Positions 39,001-51,000 of a stretch of 64,000 bases of DNA are shown here, piece after piece. The notes under the pieces are model-generated. The model was not told the DNA's origin. It saw nothing but the letters and a program-made list of their open reading frames with translations, and ran no database searches. A program made the position numbers and the translations under genes. Source of the stretch: Aplysia californica (lineage: Eukaryota); the NCBI RefSeq assembly GCF_000002075.1, contig NW_004797493.1, positions 457,022 to 521,021 of the forward strand. Reading direction: 5' to 3'. How positions within the stretch are numbered: the first letter of the stretch is position 1; each line of letters starts with the position of its first letter.

Positions 39001-42000
39001 ACTTTCATCATTTCCACAGGCAAGCACCACTTCAAGTGTGGGTTTAAAACTAATTTCTAATTTTTCCTAACTTTAAAACTGCCATGGCCTTTTTTAATGC
39101 AAGTACTAGACATATGGAACCTTCAAGCTTTCATTAACCCTAGGATATGGGTAGTATTTTTTATACACACCAAAAATCCACAGAAAAAAAATCACAAGAA
39201 CATGAAATTTGAACTAAGCTTGTTGAGATTAGAGGCGAGCAGCCCAAAAATTCACATGGAAATCAAACGTAAAGAGGAACTTGGTTGTACAAGTGAAACT
39301 TACCACTGTCAAATTGAAGCCAAAGTTGCTGGTCTCATGCTTCTGTCCCAACTCAATCCTGTGCAGCAAGGCATCTATGCGAGTTTTTTCAAATCCTTCC
39401 CTGTTTGAGTAAAGTGAAATGCATCGACATGATAAAGGTCATTTACTACTCAGAAAAAGCAAAACAGATAGACAGAAACAATGGCATAGTAGTAACAAAA
39501 TAGGTTTAACCAGTAGCCCCCTATAAGCCACCTGCTTTAGGAATGAATGCAGTGTGATTGTTCATCTGATATTTTATATTTATTAGTTTGATAGTTTGAA
39601 AGAAACAGAAGCATATCAACTCAATAAAAGTCTTTTAGTTCTTAGTAAAAGCAGGACAAACACACAACGTCCAACACAAACCTAGAGGCACACAGTCATT
39701 TTATCTCAACCTACGCACACACTCAATACCATCACTAGCAACTGATACGAGATCCAAGCACACTCAAACTGAAGTTAACCATATGGCGATAAAATGAACA
39801 AATAATGTGAGTCCTGTTTTTTAATACGGTGAGCTGAAGGACAAAATATTGTTATGGTGAAAATGTATGAGCATAAGTGGGGGCGTATTTAAGTATATTG
39901 CATTATTATGTATATTTTACTTACTTTAGTTTTATTTTTTCATCCTCTGTTGCCATCTAAGCATCGAGGGGAGATACAGTTTTCTATGGTAGGCTAACTC
40001 CGCAGTTCTTTCAGTTGTGATATTTTATTTTCTCAAGGTTTCCTTGACACTCTCAATCCACCTTTTGCATGGCCTTCCTCTTCATTTATAGCCTGAGTCC
40101 TTGGTGTTGTTAGCTCTTGAGGCAGGCTGGCCAGGTGATATACGTAACAGGTGGCCAAACCATTTTACATGTGTTCTCTGTCTTTCTATGTAATGCAGAC
40201 TAGGGCTGGGTCACCAGCGCGAGAACGGAACTGAATCGCCACTCTTTCCTGCGGAACGTGATTCACGATTCACTTCAGCGGAACGCGGAACAGTATCGCC
40301 AAACGATTCCCGATTCACTCCCCTGTCTCTGTCATCACCTTGTGGCTTGTTTAACCTACTGCTGAGTCGAGTCATGAGCGCAAGAACGGAACGGAACACT
40401 TAGTATGGCTCCCCTTATTTTACAAAAGATGGTATAGTCCAACCCCCCTATTAAAACAAAATGAACGGGGTCCAACCAATAGACAGAAGGAATTTTATGG
40501 AGCCATTGTTTTAGGGAATGGTGGGGTTGGGGGGGGGGGGGGGTGTGGAATTTATGGGGGTCACTAATTGAGGTCAGTTGATAGAGCAGCGCAATAATGG
40601 GTGTGGGGCAGAGAGGATGGTGGAACAACAAGAGTGGGACTTGCGCTCGCCAAGAGGCGTTGATATGACACTGTTCCGTTTCAGTCAGTGTTCCGCCACA
40701 GCTCCACGAGCGCTCGCGTACTCGCGATTCATTGAAGCCGACTGAATCGCGAATCGCCACTCTCAAATTTGACGAGCAGGATCCAGCCCTAATGCAGACA
40801 GGACTCAGTGCCGATAGCTGCTCTTACTTCTTCATTTCTCTGCATGTCTCGTCTTGTGATGTTAAGGGTTTTGCGGAGACATTTTATTTCTCCTGCAGTG
40901 ATTTTGCTTTCATGGGTTTTACTTTATGTCCAGGTCTGGCACTGGTAACAAAATGTTGGTATGAATATTGAGGTGACAAGCTGTCTCTTTGTGTTCATGG
41001 AGATGTTTGGATGGGATAGGAGGGGTACGAGCTAGAGCCAAATGAAAAAATTCGTATAAAGCACCTTTCCCAAGGACACAATGTCAGACCGAGCCTTGAA
41101 CCCCCAAATCTGCAATCACACAATTATGAGTCGGGTAGCATAACTACCAGACTTATTGACTCCACCAAAGCAGGTTCTTGCCCTGTGACATATATGGGAA
41201 ATCCAGAATAGCCAAATATCACACACATTTTTAAAAAGCCGACACACCAAGAGTATACATACTTAATAACTTTGTCGATGGTATCTTCAATAATCTTGAG
41301 AACTTCATCAACAGCATCTGCCCTTATATTGAGAAGGCCGACAGAAAATATTGCCTCCCTTGTGCTATTGTGGTACCTGTGTGGAAACAAAATATAGGCT
41401 GTGATTAGTCCTCTCATTGTACCCAGAGATTTGACAGGGTATTCTAATAATTACACGCTATAGGCTTGAGAATGAAAGTAATAATGTCGGCAAGTTGCTC
41501 AAATGTTCTAAGCTCAGAAAGTCTAATTTGTCAGGAGAGAAAAAAAATAGGTTTCATTGTTTTAAACATTGTACGTGGGTGGTTGGCGGGTGCTCTGGTG
41601 TGGTTTGTTCCTTTCCAATAAAAAATCTATCATCTTTATATCCCCTCCTTCTTTTTTTTGTGTTCGTGACACTCTTGTAACACCTCTAATGTTAGGCATT
41701 TACATGACCTTATTGGGTTGCAAGTGCCGTAAAACTCTTACTAAAACTAAACACTGTACTCATATCATGTATTTTTTGGAGCATTTTTGAACATTTAGAA
41801 TATGGAAATTTACCAGAATATTACTCTTGCATATATGCAACTGATACCTCAGAAAAAGAAACTGCAATAATAATCAATCAAAAAATTTTGGGCTTATTAT
41901 ATATCTGAACAGTTAGTCGACAATATGCTCCACTGGATCCATTACAATTAAGAGACTCAGTGGAAAAACAATCAAATAATTTTATTTAGAAAAACCTTTA

Positions 42001-45000
42001 CTTTAAAGGAAAGAAATTCGTAGTGCTCTCTTACCCTGTTGTAGGAGCATAGTCACTGCCAATGTTTGACTCCAGTAGGGAACGGTAAAATGGCGCTGTC
42101 TCCCCCTCCACAAGAAGATAGCCCACGACACTGTTCACAAATGACTCGTAGGAGTCTGTGATGCTGCAAGAGAACATGCACGAGAAGAGTGAGATACAAA
42201 ACATATCTAAGACTTTTGATACTTGACTCAGGCATTGCCATCAACAGACACAACCAAGTAATGAATACACTTGGTGGTTTAAGTTATAAAACAGAAAAAG
42301 AAACATACACAAAACTGACAATGCTGCCAATTACTTCGGCAGCAGGAAATACAGTAGGAGAAATAAATATTGAAATAAAACGACAGTTAAATCACATCTG
42401 TCAGCTAAACTACCCAACAGATTTTACAACTTTACGAGAACAATAATCCCGAGAGAGCAAGTATTAATAAGACACAAGTGTGAGCTTGAGAGAAGAGTCT
42501 TGACTGAAAACTGGTTGCCACAATAACAGGCTTTTCTATTTCACCCAAAATTTTGAGGAAAATATATTTCATAATTACAGAAAAGGCTTTTGAGAGATAT
42601 TATCTCACCATTCACAGGTAGAGGTTCAATCACAAAAGTAAATTTAGATAAAACGGACAGAGAAGTATGTCAGGATAGCATAATAATCAGACAGAACTGA
42701 CAAATTTCTAACCCCCGTACAATTATCTCACATCTCTGAAAGCTTGAATTCAGACCAAAACCCACATTTCTACTTTACATGTTGGTGACTTACTCAGACA
42801 ACAGGTAGTTGACAGACACCGTGGTTTGTTTCTCTGGATCAGCAGCCATTGGGTCAGGAACACACTTGATGGACTTGGACCTCTGACAGAAATATACCAA
42901 AAATAAGCCACACTTAGTCCTGCCATGATTATGTGATGTTTTTCTTTGTTTGTGACATTTTTCTTTTATGAATGTGTTACCTCCTATTGCTATGAAAGCT
43001 TTCATATTGTAATTTCCAGTGTGATAGTCAACTCATTCAGTATGTGTGTCTGCGTGTTGAAAAAGCGTTTTAATCCGAAACTTCAAAATGTATATATCTC
43101 GAGACAAGAATTTTAATACAACCTCTTGGTGATTTTTCAGTCTCCAAAGGTAAATCAATGCACAGCAAGACTACAATTCTGTTCAATAAATCAAAGTATT
43201 AATAAAACAGACAACTAGGTAACATGAGCTCTACAAATTCAAAAATGCACTTTGTCTGTATTGATTATCTTTTTGGCTGCAACGCTGCCACAAAAAGCAA
43301 GTGGTGAAACAAGGAAACACGGTCTAAAAATGAAAAAGTAGAAGCTTTTTTTGGTCTCAGCATGATTCTTTTTTAAAAGTCTGTATTAGAGAGTACTCCA
43401 CATTTCTCTGAACATTCTACACCACTACACTGACTCAAGTGATTCATCTTAGAGTAACCTATGTTTTTCTGCATTCCAGTGTTATATTTCAAGAACACAA
43501 ATGGAATAATACATTTTTTTTTTCCTTCTCATTTATGGAGTGTCAAAACTTTTATGGATCTGACCAAACTAAACAACCCAACAGACCAAATAGATGTTTT
43601 GGGTACTTACAGGCTCATCCCATCTTGCCTCCGCAGGAACTTGAGTCTTGGTAGTAATTTTGTCAAACTTTTCCAGATTGGAGTTTATGAATTCTAAGTG
43701 TTCTTCCAGTGGCAAATTGCCGTAAGTAAAAAATCTGTGGGGAAAAAAAAACAACATAAAAATTATTTTGTCTGGCAATAAAGAGCTTTGCTTGTCATGG
43801 TTAGAAAATAGAAACATTGTTTCATACTGCATATAAAAGTGTTCTTCCAAAGGCAAGTGGCCGTTAGTAAAAAATCTGTGGGGAAAAAAAAGCATAAACA
43901 ATATTTTGTCTGGCAATAAAGAGCTTCGGTTGTCATGGTTAGAAAATAGAAACATTGTTTCATACTGCATATTATAAAAGATGAATACAAAACCAAACTT
44001 TCTTAAACTTTTGTTCTTTCTAACACTGATGAGAACGTTCTTCAATGTACAAGCTTCCTAGAAGGTATGCTTTCAGTTCATGAACGGAAATTTCAAAACA
44101 AAACAGTAAGTCATTCATGATCAATAATTTATAATTTTCAGTGCACTTAGTACTCCCAAGTGTTGGACAGAATGGCAAGGGCTGTCATGCCCCTCTAGAC
44201 TTTTAATTAGCTGTGAAAGACAATAAAATCCACAAACCATTGTGAAATCATTCAATGTCTTAAAGAAACCAGCCTATTTCCTAACTTCAAAGAGCCTTCA
44301 GAATTGTACTTCTTCAATATTTAGACCTGCATGTGAGCCTCAACCAGATTGTCTGAAAATTTTGCGCAGAGAGAGGTCAGCTGATGAGTCAAAGATTCTA
44401 AATAAATAGTTCATGCACCTGATGAAATGCGTTTTACCAACATTAATATTACAGCACAACCTATAATAGGGTTTGACACAATAGAATTGGAATATGAATC
44501 CTCCATTGAGTCGATTGAGGTCTATAATGATCTATAACTCTAGATCTAGATCTAGAACAAGTAAGTCGGACTCAATCTAAGAATGAATCCACATGAACAG
44601 TCAACAAACGAAATTCAAAATGGCCGCTCTAGCACGAAACTGAAAGTAGATAATTTAGGTCGTCGTCCTTTTTCGTATTCGTATTTCTACTCAGGTTCCG
44701 ACAATTATGTCGGAAACACCGACGTCGGTGGTCGGCACGAAAACGAAAGTGCCGACAAAGCCGACGGGAGAGAAAGGGGGCGCTGGCACTCGGCCAGGCC
44801 TCGCACTTCGCACATTGACTTATACAGTGTACAGGTGGGCCTAGCGATAGCATCGGCTGGCTCGCGTGTGGGGTCGCAATTGTCGGATTTCAGACGATTG
44901 TCGGCAAACATGCAGGTCTAAATATTATAAACCCAAAGCACTCAAAATGGTCAACCCAGAGTTAGCTGAAAATTCAACTTACTCAAGTACCACTTCGGGC

Positions 45001-48000
45001 ACCTGTGGTATAAAAGCTTCGCTATAGTTGTCAAAAATGGTTGCTTTCCTCTTCTTGGAGTGATGTCGAACTACACACAAATAAAGTCGCTTTAAAGATA
45101 GAACATTAGACCCTTTAAGTGGGTGGTTGGCGGGTGCTCTGGTGTGGTCTGCTCCTTCTTTCCTATCAAACATCTATCGTCCTTATCTCTCCTCCTTCTT
45201 TTTTTGTGTTTGTTACTCTCTTGTAACACCTCTAATCTTCGGCACTTATATGACCTTATTGTGTTGCAAGTACCGTAAAACTCTTACTAAAACAAAAAAA
45301 ACCTAAAAGACCCATTAACTTGAAGTTGAAGCTGAGAGGAAATTCAAGTACAGATACGGAAAATTAAGACACCGCTATCTGGACTGAATCTTGACCTTAT
45401 GCATGCTGGTTTAGCATTAAAATAAAAACTTTGTATTATAAAACAGTATAATTTTGAGACAAGAAGAAAAAAGGAAACGAGATAAGAAGAGAACTCACTT
45501 TGCATTACTGGGGTGATAGTGCGTGGCGTGGAACTGCTTCAGCTGCTCATACGTCAGCTCTGGGATGTGGGCAGGGTCACCTCCAGACACAACACCATAC
45601 GTGTGGCTAGGAAGAAGGGAGTTAAGGGCTTCCTGCATGTATGTGCTTTGTGGATTGGACTGAGGAGGCATAGATGTAAGTAGAAATATTCATTATAGGA
45701 AAACAAAAGTAAAAAGTAAGGATATTTAACTATGAAAATACCATTGAAACAATAATTTTTAAAGAAATCTTGACTTCGCAATAGCTAGAGACAAAATAGG
45801 CTTTGAAAAACAGCACAAATATTCAAAAATAAAATACACAACATAAAAAAACTTATTCCATGAAATGTTAAAAACATCGATGTCAAGAGACAAATTAGAA
45901 ACATGAGAACAGATTCAAAAACTGATTTCTAGACTGACTCTGTTAGTGTTAATATTACAGAGAAAGCCTAAGATTTCAATTCTATAACCAAACACATTAC
46001 CTCAATAATAAATGGGACAAGAGCTAAAAAGTAAACCAATAAAAGAAAAATGACAAATATCTTTTGAATGTCAGCTAATTTACTTACACGATCTACTTAC
46101 CTAAAGTATAGTACACAAAAAAGCAAGTCATATAAACTAGCAAGACAGTTTCTGCAATCTCTCTAATCAACACAAGTTAATCAAACAGTACTGTAACATT
46201 TGACATATTAGTTTTTAAAACAGAAACCAAGCTAAAACTGGTGAGATGCTCACAAATACTCCTTTCATCTCATTGTAGACTACGCCCTTGAAGATGACTG
46301 GTGTAGAAGGGTCAGTAGCTTGTGAGTGCTCCAGTCTCCAGCCCTCCTGACTGATAGAATGCAGAAAATCAAGCATGATTAATTATCATTGAACTTCTAC
46401 ATTACACTGAATGATTTCTGCCGAGAAGAGAAAGCTGAATAAATTTCACAAGCTAAGAAATAAAACTAACAACCTTTTCCTTGGCTTGTGTAGTTTTTCC
46501 ATTCAAAGTAATCAATTACTGCAAAGGTAAGTCTTTATCAGTATGTTTGTATTCTTAACAAGGTCACTTCAAAATTTGAATTTCATGTTTTTCCCCGTCA
46601 CACAGAGGAGGCTCCCTTCACAATGATTCCAAACCATTTTAAGCAAATGTTTGTAGCTCTTATTACTTGGAATAGGCACCAGAAAAAAAAAGGATTAGGA
46701 CTTCAAAAAAACCCGCTCATTTAACTGACAATCTCCATGAACGTATAAATCATGATGAGCAAAGAGAGAATAAGTTTGATTCTTAATTCCTGCTGCCTTG
46801 ATTTTTATCCCAGAATATGGACTACATTGGGTTTATTGGCGCTCATATGACCTTATGCAGTTGCGAGTGCCGTAAAACCTCTACTAAAACCAAAAAAACC
46901 CAATGGATTATAAACAAAGCTTTTAGATTATCAACATTTACCAAGATGATTAACAAAAATGTATACAATCACAGGCTATAGGAGCAATTCTCAAGTACAG
47001 TGCCACAGACAACTCACCAAAAATCCAGCTCCCTTATCAGGGGAAAGAAAGCAGCATCCATATACACGGACATTAAATTTTTGAAGTCTTGCTCATTTTG
47101 ACTGGAAAAAGGGTACATTGTCCAGTCATAAGCTGAAACGAGTAAAAGTGAGCATTTTAATAAAAGCCAGTTTTTAAGATGACACTAAAATCTTTTCAAA
47201 CTCAACCTTTACCATCAAAAAGAGAAACAGGAATTAATAAGAATGAGACGGGAAATGCGAAATAAACAATCCAAAATCCACACTTAAACCAATTTCTTTC
47301 TCAACTGACATTTACATTTTACATTGTTTAAACTTAAATATTTAAAACCAACTTTACAATTTTTTTTAAATAAAATATTTTAACTGATCAGTGTATCTGA
47401 AAAGACCAATATTTTTCAGCTTTCTGTCTCACTTTAACAAATTTCAAACCAGATAGAAAAGGAAAATAAATTGTCCAAAAGCTAACTAACCTGTGAGGGC
47501 ATTCATAAAGGTGGCCATGGACCGACTGAGCATCTTGAAGAAAGGATCACGAACTGGGAACCGCTCCGAACCACACAATACAGTGTGCTCTAGGATGTGA
47601 GGCACACCAGTGCTGTCCATGGGTGTTGTCNNNNNNNNNNNNNNNNNNNNNNNNNNNNNNNNNNNNNNNNNNNNNNNNNNNNNNNNNNNNNNNNNNNNNN
47701 NNNNNNNNNNNNNNNNNNNNNNNNNNNNNNNNNNNNNNNNNNNNNNNNNNNNNNNNNNCACATACGTATGTGGGATGTGTGTGTTTGTTGTGATTGAGAA
47801 AGATATAGAGTGTGTGTCAGCGTGAGTGTGTTTGTGAAAGAGAAAGAATGTGTGCATGTGAGTACATGTACATGTGTATCAGAGTAAGTGTGTGAGAGGG
47901 TATGATAGTATGATAGTAAGTGTTCCAATGAGGAGGAAAATGGGGTAGAGGAAAAGAAAAAATCATGTATAAGTATAACTAGAGGATATAAAATCATAGC

Positions 48001-51000
48001 AAACAAGTTCAAAGATGAGTGTATACCTTTGAGATTTGAAAAATGTATTCCTCGTGGAAAAGATATCAGATATGTTTTAAGGATTGAACTATGAATTGAA
48101 AACTAAAATAACAAAATTTTACGACGGATAAAAATGTTAAGATTAGACTATTACTATTTCACAGCCTTCCCATTCAGAATGAATATATGCAAAGCATTAT
48201 ACTATATTACCAGGCCATAACTGTTTGGCATAAACAAAAAAAAACCTAATGTCACTATACTGTTTAATTTCTTGTCGTCAACTCATGAACATGTTGACTG
48301 ACAGGCTTAAAAAGAACACCCATTGAACCTGTGAACAATTTCTACACAAAGCAGAATTAAAAGCAACAAGTGTTGTGAATAAGTTGTTCTAACAGACAAT
48401 ATCTTTACCTGAATGTGTTGTTACTATCATCTCGGGCAGCATGCAAATGTTCTGCTCCAGTCTTGTCGTGACTCAACATGGCCGCCGTGATAAAAAATTC
48501 CGGCACCTCCTCCACCTATGAAAGCATGTTTTGAGGTGAGCTCAGGTATCGCTTTTTCTATAAAAAAGGAAATATACTACTTATTGTAAAACTTTAAGTG
48601 CCACTGCTACTATAAAGTTTGCATCCATTCTAACAGAAGGATCTCGCAAAACTCCCTTCCTCGACTTGTTATATATATATATTCAACCATCATTCCACTT
48701 ATGCTGAATTTATGCACCAAACACCGGGACTTATGATAAAGAAGTCCAGACTTGGAGCATGCAGTACTGAAACTTTTCACACCAGCAGTGTGAGTTCCTG
48801 AAGTAAGGGTAAATGCAACATTTCTATAACAGAAGCAAAATGGGTAATACACCCCCCCCCCCCTCCTCCACTCAATCAACCATTCGTTATTCATGACTCA
48901 CCTATAACCACCTGGTCTTCATACAACTTCATCTCCCAGACACTGTTATCAATGCTCTAAAAAGAAGCAGCATGCTGACATATATCAGTCTAACAGTTCA
49001 AGTCCAGGCCAAAATGTTACTGCTACAATGAGCCATGAAGAGAGTGTACAGCGTACTATTTTAAGAACAGGAGGCACGGAAATAAAAAAAGAAACTTACT
49101 CTTTGAACTGTGTAGCCATGCAATTTATCTCCTGGTTTCAAAGCACGAACTCTGTCTCGTGCCTCTTCATTGAAGAAACGAGCTTGGCGAGATCTAAAAC
49201 AAGATTCAGGATGAGATTCAATGTATCTATAGTTACATTTTAATATGAAAAAAGTTTGAAGTAAGATTTATGCAAGGCCAGAACATTTTTTAAAAAAAAG
49301 GTATGATGTACATCAAGATATATAACAAAGGTAAAGTTTCCAGCCCTTACTCCTGGATAAAAAAAAAAAAACGATCAAAAGGATTGTAAAACCTTATTTC
49401 GTCCTCAGTTTCCTTCCCACTACATACTTTTATTTTAAAGCGGACTGCCAACCACTCCATGAACAAAAATAACGTTTTCCTATCAGAGTTTTTTTGGTTG
49501 AAAAATCAGGTCTCTAGAACTCCAGTAGATTAAGTTTATGTAATGAGCCACTGTGGCAAATAAACATGTATGCAAATACAGGCAAATAAAAATATGCTTC
49601 TTCACATCATTTATGATCTGTTCCCGAAAAATTGAAGATTAACACAAATAAAAATTTCATACATTCTCTTTCACATTATTTACACAATAAGTCTCATACA
49701 ACCAGCGGAAATGAAAATCAAGAATATAAATATGATTTTATACAAATCTGATTGGGGTTCTTCGACCAAAAAATAAATAAATTGGAAGGCTCAAATTTTA
49801 TTAAAGTACTTGGCAGGTCTCAAGAGCATTTTTCCTGCCTATGGTAATGACGATCATCATTATCATTTGTGAGGTATCGAGGTGAAATGAAGCATTCGTT
49901 AAAATAATGAAATTTTTAAAAAAGGCATTTTTCCGCCTATTTGGGAATTTTCACCTAATATTTTTTGTTTTTTGGCTTAACATCTTTCGTATCCATCAAA
50001 TAAACACACATTTCCATGGGATTTTTATGGACAAACATGTAGATTAAAGGCATAAAAACTGTACATTTTCCTTTTTCAAGGCCTCTCAAGCTTTTGAAGT
50101 TACCAAAATTGAACGACCATTTGCTCGCAAATTTTGCCTCTGAAACCAAGTGACCTCCACTTCTTACAATCACAAATAAAAGATAGATTGCTACTTTCTC
50201 ATAAAAAAAGCAAGGCAAATTTAAACTAGTTTTCAGATGATAATGATAAATCTACATGCCGTAAAATTGACGAGTGCCTGATTCTACCACGTCGTGACAC
50301 TTTCGTATATGTCAAAATTTTGTCGAATACAGGTAAAACTAGGTTTTGGGGCTTGAGACCCAAATTTTAAAAGTTGACGAAAGTTCTGTGCCCAGATAAA
50401 TGGTATTAAATTACTTGCTATTTAACTGCAATGCAAGTTGAAGGTCATAAACAGGTTTCATAACCACCAATGATGTACTGACTAGGTACTACATTCCGTA
50501 GACTTATTTTCTCACGCCCACATCTGCACTATCTAACCTTAAATATCTTTTGACCAACTCCACTGGGAACTTGCACATGTATGGGTTTGAAATACTTTTG
50601 AATTGACCTTTGGAATATATTTTTTGTCCCACCAAAATTGACGGTACAGATTTCCTCTCTTTATTACAAAAAATACCAAGCACTCAGGCTATAAAGGAAG
50701 AGGAAGGCCACGCAAAGGGTGTATCGAGGGTGTCAAGGAAACCCTAAGAAAACATAACATCACAACTGAAAGAGCTGCGGAGCTGGCCTACCATAGAAAA
50801 CTGCATCTCCCCTCGACACGCTTATATTATGGTAACAGAGGATGAAAAAGTAAAAGTAAAGTATTATAAAAAGTGACTTTGTTTGAATGAAAACACAATT
50901 TAGAATGGCTTTTAAAAACATAACCATGGTCAATGCGTGTCAACAACAATTATACAATTTCTGACTAGCGTTCACATTTTCTCTGCCCTGCATGCTTTTT

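Noticed and set aside
44583-44921. Overlapping ORFs in a GC-rich patch suggesting a nested gene
   Set aside because: They lie inside a TIR-bounded element; GC richness explains the lack of stops
47631-47758. Apparent truncation or pseudogenisation of PITRM1 exon 4
   Set aside because: The missing ~12 coding nt and the acceptor fall in an assembly gap; all other exons are intact
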